Below are positions 10,390 through 21,660 of a stretch of 38,551 nucleotides of DNA, piece after piece; the first letter of the stretch is position 1, and each line of letters starts with the position of its first letter. The translations under genes and the position numbers were made by a program. The notes beneath the pieces were generated by a model that saw only the letters and a list, made by a program, of their open reading frames with translations, made no database searches and was not told where the DNA came from. This DNA is from Octopus bimaculoides. Its lineage: Eukaryota. Where the stretch lies: NCBI RefSeq assembly GCF_001194135.2, contig NC_068991.1, forward strand, positions 26,026,956 to 26,065,506. The letters run 5' to 3'.

Positions 10390-11280
10390 CGATAGCTAAA
10401 GTTGAAGGAAGAAACTTATGGGGAGAATACTTAATCTGCAATCCAAGAAAGCCGGTAAATGTGATGAGAGCTCGTTGGTTGATGTATTAGATAGGTGTCA
10501 ATGAAGTGTATTCGATCAGAATGGATGAGATTACGACGACGTTATATTCGATTGAGAGAAGAAACAGAACATCTTTTTGTTAGTAGTTGTAGTTGTAAAT
10601 TGTTCAGGAAGCAATAGCTGGCAATCTCTAGAGTATTCCTGTACAAAGCATGAACTGGGTCCCACGTAGAAAAATTCTCCAATGGCGACCATTTTTGACA
10701 TTGTAGAGTATCAACATTGACTTCACTTCTGTTCGCAATGATATGCTTGGGAAAGAGTTTTCGGTAGTGTTCCATATGTAAAATGGCCAAGAGTTGTCAT
10801 TATGGACTGTGAGGCCCAGCGTTTGTAGCAGTTTAAGAGCTTTACATATACATTATATACGTTAAAGAAGAGTGTCGTGCAAGACAATTTCATTCATGTA
10901 TACAAGAAGACATTAAAATATTGTAAATGGTGCTTAAATACAAAAGGCAACAGAGGATCAATAAACAGTTAAATTACAGGCATAACGACGGAGCGCTTAA
11001 AAATAAGCCATATAGGTTGTTATTGTTGAATAGAAAGGACTTGCGAAATATAAATGAACATTGCTGTATGCTACATTTGATAAAATACCCGTCAAGCTGT
11101 TAGATGCGATATCGTAAAAAGACAGTAAATATAAGATCCAAGGGATGAGAGGTACTGTGTTGTAATGAGTGGCTAACTTCTCTTGGAGGTTAACCGGCAA
11201 AATATTGAACGACGCATTGCTAATGGCAGAGATAACAGCAATACTTTAGCAAGTCATCAGAGCAACTAATATCTTCAAGA
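10390..11280 (+). mobile_element. Very old non-LTR retrotransposon relic (APE endonuclease region, RTE-like)
   Basis: Stop-ridden plus frames give PVNVMRARWLMY*IGVNEV (cf. ..NVxREMxRL.IDILGVSEV), RVVIMDCEAQ (cf. IVMGDFNAK) and ISFMYTRRH..ATEDQ (cf. TxFQH.KRR..TRNQID). The motifs are in the expected order but weak. Confidence 0.35.
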
Positions 11281-11285
11281 AGCGA

Positions 11286-11355
<70 letters not shown>

Positions 11356-11412
11356 TTATCTATCTATCAATCTATCTATCTATCCATCGATCGATCGAGC
11401 AATCTATCTATT
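11286..11412. repeat. (ATCT)n tetranucleotide microsatellite
   Basis: Direct reading. Confidence 0.97.
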
Positions 11413-11478
11413 TCCTTTTCGTTTTATCTCTCTCTCTCATATGTATATAGACATATATATATATGTGTGTGTATATAT

Positions 11479-12129
11479 NNNNNNNNNNNNNNNNNNNNNN
11501 NNNNNNNNNNNNNNNNNNNNNNNNNNNNNNNNNNNNNNNNNNNNNNNNNNNNNNNNNNNNNNNNNNNNNNNNNNNNNNNNNNNNNNNNNNNNNNNNNNNN
11601 NNNNNNNNNNNNNNNNNNNNNNNNNNNNNNNNNNNNNNNNNNNNNNNNNNNNNNNNNNNNNNNNNNNNNNNNNNNNNNNNNNNNNNNNNNNNNNNNNNNN
11701 NNNNNNNNNNNNNNNNNNNNNNNNNNNNNNNNNNNNNNNNNNNNNNNNNNNNNNNNNNNNNNNNNNNNNNNNNNNNNNNNNNNNNNNNNNNNNNNNNNNN
11801 NNNNNNNNNNNNNNNNNNNNNNNNNNNNNNNNNNNNNNNNNNNNNNNNNNNNNNNNNNNNNNNNNNNNNNNNNNNNNNNNNNNNNNNNNNNNNNNNNNNN
11901 NNNNNNNNNNNNNNNNNNNNNNNNNNNNNNNNNNNNNNNNNNNNNNNNNNNNNNNNNNNNNNNNNNNNNNNNNNNNNNNNNNNNNNNNNNNNNNNNNNNN
12001 NNNNNNNNNNNNNNNNNNNNNNNNNNNNNNNNNNNNNNNNNNNNNNNNNNNNNNNNNNNNNNNNNNNNNNNNNNNNNNNNNNNNNNNNNNNNNNNNNNNN
12101 NNNNNNNNNNNNNNNNNNNNNNNNNNNNN
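11479..12129. other. Assembly gap
   Basis: N run. Confidence 1.
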
Positions 12130-12494
12130 CTCTCTACTTTGGTTACGACGACGACTCTTCCATGTGATCCCATCAACGGAACAACCTGCATTTATTTGTT
12201 GTCTAAATTTTCCAGGGCTTCAATAAATGTACATGGATTCATGGACTTTGAAGGTAAGTTCTGTAGGATTTCAATGTAAGAATGCTTTTTCCAAACTAGT
12301 CAAAAGTGACGGACAACTGATTCAGAAGCTTTGAAAACATTCTTGACCAAAAGGTAACATTGTTACCTAGATATTATCTTTCTATCCATCTGTCTGTATC
12401 TTTGTACGTGTATGTGGCTGTCTGCTTGTGTGTGCGCATGTCTTCCTGCTTGTGTCTGTCTGTCTGTCTAAGTGTCTATCTATCTATTTCCTAT

Positions 12495-12495
<1 letters not shown>

Positions 12496-12546
<51 letters not shown>

Positions 12547-12578
12547 CACATACACACACACGCCCACACACACATATA
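12496..12578. repeat. (TA)n/(CA)n microsatellite
   Basis: Direct reading. Confidence 0.95.
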
Positions 12579-13606
12579 CGCTGCTGTATATATGTAGTAT
12601 GTGCGCTCTATTACAAATAATTAACGCCCATAAATACTTTCTTTATGTCGAACCGCATCTGCGCTGTTCTGGCTTTTATTGTAGTCATCCTGATATTTCT
12701 TTATGCATAGCAGTTCATCGACGGTAACCATTATAGCGGGTTAAGTCATTGTACTCATCCACGGTACATAATCGTACAGAGGATACCATGGTGTAATAAA
12801 TAAATAAATATATGATTTCTGTATGTCCGTTGAAACATCTACTTATATGAGTGTGAGTAATTGTGCGTGTAAGAGAGTGTGTTTGTGCTTTTGTGTATCT
12901 TCATGTGTCAGTATCCTTGCGTAATATAATTTGCATTCTATCATCTGGCAGACAACGTCAGAATGTGCACAAGTAATGCTGCCGATACACGTACACGCGC
13001 ATAAGATGTGTCGATAGTGTAACGCACATGCTCATTTCCGACAATGATGAACTGCAATAGGCGGCTGACAGAAAATACGGTTCATGTGGAAGCATTTGTT
13101 AATATTAGGTCACTTGTGGGACTTCAACCGTCACTGTATTATTATCAGTGTGACATGTGGTGGAGTCCCGATTCTGCCATATTGTCCTATCGTAGCCGAA
13201 GCCGAGTGATATTTTGAAAGAGAAAGAGAGCGTAAACATGGACATAGGAATTAATACTATTTGGCAACCAACACAAAACTTCCATGAAAATTATACATGT
13301 CGTAGTGTTTAAATTTCAAGCAGAAAATGAAGGAAATTTTCAAAAACGCCAACAGAGAATGAAGGGAAATATCATATTGATGTTATTAAATTGAAAATTA
13401 ATTTTCGTACCAGGAAAACCGAAATAAACAGATTGTATAGAATTTACTGTTAATATATGATGTCTCACAGAAGTGAAACCAATGTCCGGAGTAACGTTCC
13501 CTACCTGAGAATCGAAACACTTTGTTCAAAATATGCACAGGAAGTTCTGTAGCCTCCTGCTCCCAAATTTCTACGCATGGTTTTTATCTTTATACGAAGT
13601 TATAAA

Positions 13607-14030
13607 TGCAGGCATGGCAGTGTGGTAAAAAGCTTGCTTGCCAACCACGTCGTTCCGGGTTCAATCCCGCTGCGTGACACCTGTGGCAGGTGTCTTCTAC
13701 TGTAGACTTGACTGACCAAAGCCGTGTGAGTAGAAACTGAAAGAAGTACTTTGTATGCTATATATATGTATATATACATATATACATGATACATATATGC
13801 ACGCACGCGTGCTTGTGTCTCTCTTTTTGTCTGTGTTTTCCCCACCATTGCTTGACAACCGGTGAGAGTGTGTTTACTTCCCTGTAACTTACTGGTTTGG
13901 CAAAAGTGACCGTTAGGATGAGTACCAGGCTTAAAAAGAAATATGTACTGGGGAGTATTCATTCGACTAAAAATGCTACAAGGTGGTGCTCCAGCATGAC
14001 CGCATCCTAATGACTGAAATACGTGAATAA
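13607..14030 (+). mobile_element. tRNA-derived SINE, family A (internal microsatellite), near full length
   Basis: A box TGGCAGTGTGG and B box GGTTCAATCCC. An internal (TA/CA) tract follows GAAACTGAAAGAAG. The 3' end GGTGGTGCTCCAGCATGACCGCA..TGACTGAAA is shared with the copies at 21498, 29502, 29891 and 37076. Confidence 0.88.
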
Positions 14031-15569
14031 TAAAAAAAAAAGATTCAATGCAGAGCTCATTAGTTTGTAATCTTTTGTTTTGGAAGTCAGTGATAAATAT
14101 ACATTCTACTGTATGAGAATATAAATCTGCAGAACAACCTAACATATAACTTCAGAAATTTTGTATTGTATCGAAATTTATCGATTTGAAATATATTATT
14201 TAGTGGCAACAATTAAAAGCTAGGTTCAGAGGGATGCAGACTGTGTAATATTTTGGTCATCGTTTTAGAATGTTAGACGTAGTAACGCTGACAAGATACG
14301 GAAATTCTACCTCGTTTGTTTGTCTAGTTTTCTATCAATTGTTGCTTCACACAACTAAGTAGCTTTATTAAATGCTTTAATCATAGTAATTATGATTGTT
14401 GTCAACTAGTAATCAGTAAATTTCAGTAAATCTAATCAGTAAGTCGATTATCCTGAAGCAAGTAATGTAAAACATACTGCCCAAGGAAAAGGCAATATTT
14501 ATTAATGGGATAAGACTATAGTTTAAAACCGGCAAACTACCAAATCTACATTATATCATGCTATGAGACTAAATACATTCAAATTCTATTGTGTTCAGAA
14601 GAGAGTGAAAGGTGAATTCTGCTGTTATATAATTACATCAATAAATCAAACGAAATTAGAATAGTTTCAACCGTGATTTCTAATATGTAAAATAGCGCTT
14701 TAGGTGAAACGAGTAATCGGCTACTAAATAGAATCGCTACTTTCGTAATACAACCTATCAAATTTGATCATTTTAACATTATATATAAATTTGGCAATGG
14801 AGATATAACACACAACTGTGCATGCCTAAACTTAGCGGAAAGATAATGTGCGCAGCTGTAAATAAGATTATAAAAATGAACTATCATTGAATATTAATTT
14901 GGGATTCTTCAGATAGTTAAACTTTAAATGAAATTAATATCATATCTGTTAGAGTGAGCAAAAAAAGTGTTTGCTCGAGGGTTATGTGTGATGTGTTCTA
15001 GAATTACCTGCTACATATCATTGGCATCTATCATTTGGCAGTGTAGATAATTATTATGAATGTACTTAGCGGTCGTTACTGCTATCACAAACAATAATTT
15101 ATTGAGTGTTCCTGAACAGTCTCTTCCATGCACTCTTTATACGATTTCGTACGCAATCACCATCAACCTTGCTCTTGACAGCCATGGTGTCTTAGTTTCT
15201 ATAAAGTTGTTCAGTTTTACAAGTTTTGCCAATTCCATTTATTTTAAGTTCAAGAACAGAAACCTAAACTTTGACAAACATGGCAAGTTTACAGAAATGT
15301 ATAACCTGATCAATTGTGTGAATAATTATCACTGACAAAAATGTTATTACGAAATTAGTTTCTTTAGTACTTCAATATTTTTACTGCAAGCAACAATTAT
15401 ATTTCGAATACTTGTTGGGTAATACATACACACATACGTTTTCGTGTCTGCGCATGTATGCGTGTGTATGTGAGAGAGAGCGAGAGGGAAGTACATGTAA
15501 ACAAGTACGTCTGCATTGATCATAGCATCCAAAAACTGCATGCAATATTGATTTAAAATTTTTTCTGAA

Positions 15570-15718
15570 GGCTAGTAATTTGGAGAGACTAGTACTGATT
15601 TTGTGGACCCAGAAAGGCAAAGTCGACCATAGCAGGATATGAACTCAGAACGTAAAATGGATGAAATGGCACTAAGCATTTTGCCTCGCGTACTAAAGAT
15701 TCTGCCAGCTCGTCGCCT
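15570..15718 (-). mobile_element. SINE family B, decayed
   Basis: The reverse complement begins GGCGACGAGCTGGCAGAATCTTTAGTACGC and contains GTTCTGAGTTCATATCC. Confidence 0.8.
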
Positions 15719-15748
15719 TAAACTGCATACTATATAAAGGGTATTCAG

Positions 15749-15895
15749 GGCGGCAAGTTTGCAGGACAGTTAGCACACCGGCAGAATCTCCTATTTTGTC
15801 TGTCTGAATGTTGAGTACCACCAAGCTTTACATCGTTACATTCTTTCGATGTTGATGAAATAAACGCCAGCTGATAACTGGAGTCGATGCTGGTC
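15749..15895 (+). mobile_element. SINE family B, strongly decayed
   Basis: GGCGGCAAGTTTGCAGGACAGTTAGCACACCGG head, followed by weak body similarity. Confidence 0.6.
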
Positions 15896-15933
15896 TGTTG
15901 CAAAAAATAGTAAACCAATATTAAACGTGTTCA

Positions 15934-16116
15934 AGGCGGTGAGTTGGCAAAATCGTTTGCACGCCGGACAAAATGCTTAGCGGCATTTAGTCCGTCTCTA
16001 TGCTGTGAGCACAGATTCCACCGATGTCGACTTTACTTTCATCCTGGGGTTAATCTAATCGACGTACTCCCTTCCTCGAAATTGATGGCCTTGCGCCAAA
16101 TTTGAAATCAATATTA
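15934..16116 (+). mobile_element. SINE family B with TSD
   Basis: Head GGCGGTGAGTTGGCAAAATCGTTTGCACGCCGG. 12-bp TSD TAAA(C/T)GTGTTCA at 15922-15933 and 16117-16128. Confidence 0.87.
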
Positions 16117-19100
16117 TAAATGTGTTCATTCATGTCCTGTTTCTAAACTTTTGTTTAGAATAACGGAAATTTGTTTTTAACTATCTTTAATGAAATCATA
16201 TATAATAACGAAACATATAATCATTATGTATGGCTATATGTTTAGTTGTCTTAAGAGATTATTTATGTTTCACCAAAAAAAATGAAAGATTATCTTAACA
16301 TACAAACAGATGAGTTCCTTAGTTCTTGCACGGACTCAGACTGTTCTAGTGTTTCATTTAGAAGCATAGAACTCATCGCCGTCTCTTTTACTTTCCTTCA
16401 TAGCCATTTAGCGACAAAGTGAGCTGCAAATTTGTTGTAAAATATTGAAATATCTAGATGATGATGTTAAGTTTGCTAGGTCCCCTATTTAGAAGCTGAT
16501 TCAAAAGAAATAAGAACATGAAAGCATTTTGTTTTGTGCGTTAGTGCCTAAATGGGGTGGAGATCATTACGTTCACATAACTTTCCCGATCTCATGGAAA
16601 AGATCAATTTGGCATTGCAGATGAGCAGAATATTTATGAATACAATATCTCTTTACACTAGTCAATTATGGTACACCCTTATATATGGATAACCTAGGGA
16701 TTATTATGAGGTCGTTGCTTTTGTTGAAGGTAATGCTTGTGAATTAATAAGACTTGTCCTATTGACTCAGCAGTTTACGGCTCCATGGAGCAAAATACAT
16801 CAAATGAACGAGTTAAATTTGAATACTCACAATGAATTATTCATAATCGGCTGAAGTCGAGATTTCTAGTTCCAGTTTTCAGATTTTACAAAATGCTATT
16901 TATCCTTTTCCTTCGCGTTGTGAAGTTTCCGATTGTATTTAATTGGCAGTTCTTCATGTTCTGAGTTCAGATTTAGCTGGTGTTAACTTCAGCCCCTCCC
17001 TTCTATTCTCGCTAAAATAAATATGGTGGATTTAATGAAATATACATACTGTTGTGTAACCTTGTGTCATTCGTAAAATTTAACATTATATTACATTGGT
17101 TAACTCCACATATCTACACTGTGGTTGTCATATTTCAATAGGAACATAATTAAAATATGTGATTTTTCTTAATTAAAGGAGGATAAACTTCCATAGCTTT
17201 AACAATAAAACCCTTTAGTATGATTAAAGGCTCATATATCTTTGTTAAGGAAACCGTGTAATTGAAATCCATGTCAACTGGAACTTACTATATCACTTCA
17301 GGAAATAGAAAAGGTAGAATGGAACACGGCACAATTTGAATAGGAAACTTTAATAGCGTATGACATGTTGTACGATATTATACGTTTCTGCTATCTATCG
17401 CTCCTTCTGCGCCAACCTAAAGACCAATAACTAAAATAAAAGTTAAATATGTGACATGTTTGAATTATACAATTAAGGATTCCGATTTCATCAGTTTGAA
17501 TGTATGCATCTGTGATGTCGTATTTAACTTTCGTTGACTGTTCTGTTTTGTACAGCCAAGCTGAACATTATATATGACATACGTCTACCTGCTCGGAGCC
17601 GCTATATGCCATCTGTCATGTAATCATACAGATTTCAGTTTTTATGCTTCTGCTCAGTCTCTTTATTAAATCTAGTCGATTCTGGTAGTAACTACAGGTG
17701 AAGAAGTCAATGTGAATATATTTTGTCCTTATGCCTGGTAACGTGCATCCTAGGAAACTATTGCGGCGGTTTATCTAATAAAAAATAGAAGCTTATTGCT
17801 ATGATTGTACTGTGTTTATTTTCTGAGGTGAATGAAAAGTACATTTATTTAGAGACAGATTCACGGAAATTGATTTTTTTTTCCTATAAATCACGAAAGA
17901 TTCCCAATGACGTCCTTGATCCCACTATTTTAGTTTGAGAAAGATTCAGGGTCAAAGTACGATCGACTGTTTATAACTCTTGAGACGTTGTTTCTAACTG
18001 TATTAGGAAATACACATCCTATATTTTCTCTTTCACTTGATGCTGTTGAGGAATATGCTGATATTACTGCTGATGCTACTACTGAAGATGATCCAAATAT
18101 AATAATGTTGTCGAGTTATAATAATAGACTTGAACAGTTTTTCTGTCTTTTAGCAAGGTGACGAATCGGAGAATCATTTAAGTATCGGATATAGAATAGT
18201 TTGAAAGTTAGTATCATGTGTCTGTCTACGGCCGGAGTTCCGTCTCTTTAATGTTTTGAGTTCAAATTCTCCCTATCACGGCATGGTTGTTGGGAAAGTG
18301 GTCGGTCTAACGTTCAGCCACCTCTATTGTCATAGTGCGGAATACACCAACTGGAGCAATAAAGAATTAACACATACAAGACAAGACACACGCTTGGAGA
18401 TACTTATTTTTCTTTCAATATGTATTCCATCTATTGTTGTCCTTCCATAAAATATTCTATGGACTATGTAATTTGTATTTATGTTTGTACGGTGATCTAT
18501 GTAGGCAGCGAATTGTATGCAATTGTCAGCGATTTGTTACAATCTCTTCCTTTCTTTGCTTGTGTGCACAAAATCTCTTATAGAGAGATGTCAATGTATC
18601 AGAAAGGAAATATCTTTGCTGTTTTAGGGTTGAAGGTGGCGCATGTAAATTGCTGATTTTGTGGCCCTTTTTCATTTTATTTATAACAATTAAATGCCAC
18701 CTTAGCTTTGTTGTAGTAACCGACAGTATAATCATTGTTATTCTCCAAAGGAAGAGAGAGAGGAAGACATGAAGGGACCGAAAGTGCTTGCTCGTGTATC
18801 AGGGCGTTTATGTGAGTGACTTTTCCATCTATAAAGCTTTGAAGTTCGATTTTCCTGTTTCTTTTATTGCAAGAGATATACTATATCAATCACAATGCAT
18901 TTCATTTTATGGTCGCTAATAACTTTGTCCGATATATAGCTGACATTAGAAACGATTGTATATAAAGACACCAATAAGTATGCGCCGTTGCACGTAATCT
19001 ATATCTTATTCAGAATTATACCGGAAAGTGGATGTGTCTGAGTGTCTAGGGTGTTCTGTTCACGTTCAAAATGTGAATTTCTTTTTCCTTGATCAAGAGG

Positions 19101-21212
19101 CGAGTTGTATCATTAAGAAATGCAGTTACATTTCACGTTGATCCCGTCTACTCAAGTAGAGTGCTTACCTGATGACTACTAGTGCACCCCCTCTCCCTTT
19201 ATCAGTCACATCCTCGTTTCAGTTGGGGCTAGCGTATGATGGCCGAGACAGTGTCTAATTATTCGCTGATTACTACATAAAACAATTAGCAAATCATGTC
19301 TTATACTCCTGAGTTCTACCCGCTTAAGAGTGAAAACATTGGTTTTGTTGTTTACAGAATTACAGTCTTAATTTCAAACTTGTATTAAAACAATTCTATT
19401 CTACGGCATACGAGATGTATTAACATTAAAACACCAGACATCGCTAGCTTTAATATTTATCATTGGAATTAATTTTACAAACAAAAATAATGAGCGCCCA
19501 AATCGAAAAATTGCTGACCGTCTCTGATATATTTTAAACTCGAAACTATTTATTTTAATTAAGCAACTTTTGAGATAAACATATCTACATCTAACCACAT
19601 TTTTGCATAAAAAATTTAAGCTTCTTGTCCTTAGCGGGTTTGAAAGCTTTACGAAAGACACACATTTCCTGAAATAATAGCATTTTATCTAAATGCAACA
19701 CCAATTTTAATGAAGTTGCTGACATCATCATTGACAGGGGGATATGACAGAAACATCTTGGTAAATTTTGAGGACACATAATATCTTTCGTTGCAGGATA
19801 GATTTTTTTGGAACGGGAAGAAAAAACATCGAAGAAAATGAAGTTAGGTATCTTAGGCAATGTCTCCATACCGGTGGAGTGTAGTATATGCACAAGTCAT
19901 ATCTTATTACAGAGCCTCTGTGTAGATGCTCATAGCAATTGTATCTCTCAAATCACAAACGAAGAACAGATTGAATTACCTATTTTCAGATATCCTACTA
20001 TCCAGGCATACATGACTTAGTTAATAATGTTCATGTTTCTAAACAACAATACCAGCCTGCATGTTCCAATTTTACTTTTCTTCATAACTCTGCCGTTCTT
20101 TTTTTTTTTTTTTCATATGAGAAAATTGAGCTGGCCGAATCACTAAAACATTGAACTGAAGATAATGTGGTAGCCACCTAATATTCTCTACATTCACTTT
20201 TCAAATGTGTCTCGAGTGGCCTTCAGTTTTTATACGTCTGCAGCCAGCAAAATATAGGTGTAACATGAAATGCTATTAGCTGATTTGGCTAAACTCATCT
20301 GTAGGAGGTTTATACCCATATGTGAAATAATTATTTCTATGAAGGAGGAGATTACACGGTCGGTAAGCAATTAACAAATTATTTTTCCTTATTTTCTTAT
20401 GTCATTTATGTACTTAGTTCAAATGAGACCGATGTCAACTTTATCTTTTATCGGAAACACAGGAAAGAATCAACAACTAGAATGAGTTTAATTGACATAT
20501 ACTTCTGTACCTAAACTTTTATGACAGTATTAATATCATACAAATTATAGTTATGTTAACAAGCAATATTTTCAAATTCACTATCTTTGTCACATTTATT
20601 TGTTTACAATTATAATAGATTAACACTTACTTAACACATTTATTCTTTATAACTGACTAATGCTTTCAAAACTAAGTTTGCATCTTTCTGCTTAGCCATC
20701 TTAATTATTTTCTCTTTTATATAAATATAGATATATAAATGATTGTTGACAAATGTAATAACGTGAAAAATATGTGACGAAATCGTCATATAGTAATAAT
20801 AATATATCACCTTAATCACTTCAACATTTGTCGTCTTTTACAATTGAAACTCTCTTGAAAGTGCCAAAAAAAATTTCATGTTTTGATAACATTGTGTCCA
20901 TTCTAAAGAAATCGCTGGAACAATGAAACCAATTAGCAATAACCTGTTCTTTTGTTTTTTCTATTTAATAAACCAAACATTATTTGTTTGTTTTTAATTA
21001 GGAATAAATCTTAATTTTAATTTAATGTATGAAGTAAATTTCAAGATTATTTCGTTCTCAGCAGAATGTCTGGCGTATGACAGTGGCGATGGGCAAACAT
21101 TGCAGAGAGTTTATCACTTTTGAAAATCCTCAGTCTTGGTGACTGAAAATATATTTGAAATAGAAACGAAATAGAATATCATCGGAGTAAAACCGACATA
21201 GATTTACAAAGA

Positions 21213-21270
<58 letters not shown>

Positions 21271-21292
21271 ATAATAATAATAATAATAATAA
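21213..21292. repeat. Compound (ACT)n(AAT)n microsatellite
   Basis: Direct reading. Confidence 0.97.
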
Positions 21293-21497
21293 TGTAGGCA
21301 GATAAAGAACAGAATCTATGGACACTTTCATAGGGTTGTCGGAGATAAGACAGAGAAAAAAGATGGCTATGGATGACTAAAAGTGGTTTAAAACCGGAAA
21401 CGGAAGCTCTAATCCGTACTTCCCGAAAGCAAGCATGAAGAGCCAATTACATCAAATACAGAATAGGCAACACATCAGGAAGTGATAAGTGCAGAGT
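21293..21497 (+). mobile_element. R4/Dong-type LINE fragment (just upstream of the CCHC knuckle)
   Basis: RWLWMTKSGLKPETEALIRTSRKQA*RANYIKYRIGNTSGSDKCRV is clearly homologous to the 28264-28539 ORF (MTKSDLKPETEALICAAQEQALRTNYRKYRIDNTSERDKCRIC). Confidence 0.85.
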
Positions 21498-21660
21498 TTC
21501 TTTCTTTCTTTTACTTGTTTCAGTTATTTGACTGCGGCTATGCTGGAGCACCGCCAGTAGTCGAATCAAATCGACCCCAGGACTTATTCTTTGTAAGCCT
21601 AGTACTTATTCTATCGTCTCTTTTGCCGAACCACTAAGTTACGGGGACCTAAACACACCA
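21498..21660 (-). mobile_element. SINE family A, 3' portion
   Basis: TTTTACTTGTTTCAGTTATTTGACTGCGGCTATGCTGGAGCACCGCC is the reverse complement of the family A tail. Confidence 0.88.

Noticed and set aside
10997-11200. Hydrophobic minus-strand ORF resembling GPCR transmembrane segments
   Set aside because: It has no GPCR motifs, the frame is broken by many stops downstream, and it is better explained as the antisense of an old plus-strand relic.
8324-12279. Long ORFs of 234-343 aa in the ORF track
   Set aside because: They consist almost entirely of X from N-gaps plus microsatellite codons. The same applies to 4851-5281, 25387-25893 and 30419-30901.
13118-13169. 52-nt imperfect hairpin resembling a pre-miRNA
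   Set aside because: It is short, has two asymmetric bulges, and matches no mature miRNA that I recognise.
15110-15260. Minus-strand VRNRIKSAWKRLF resembling an RTE RT C-terminal motif
   Set aside because: It is a single short motif with no neighbouring RT motifs.
17452-17496. Minus-strand CTGATGA...CAAACATGTC
   Set aside because: The core words are present, but stem I and stem II do not pair.
19178-19270. C-box (TGATGA) and D-box (CTGA) pair suggesting a C/D snoRNA
   Set aside because: There is no terminal stem, and I recognise no rRNA-complementary guide. The motifs are short enough to occur by chance.
21062-21138. Possible small exon (TTCGTTCTCAG|...|GTGACT; open as QNVWRMTVAMGKHCREFITFENPQS)
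   Set aside because: The donor is weak, the peptide is unrecognisable, and there are no partner exons. It needs RNA evidence.
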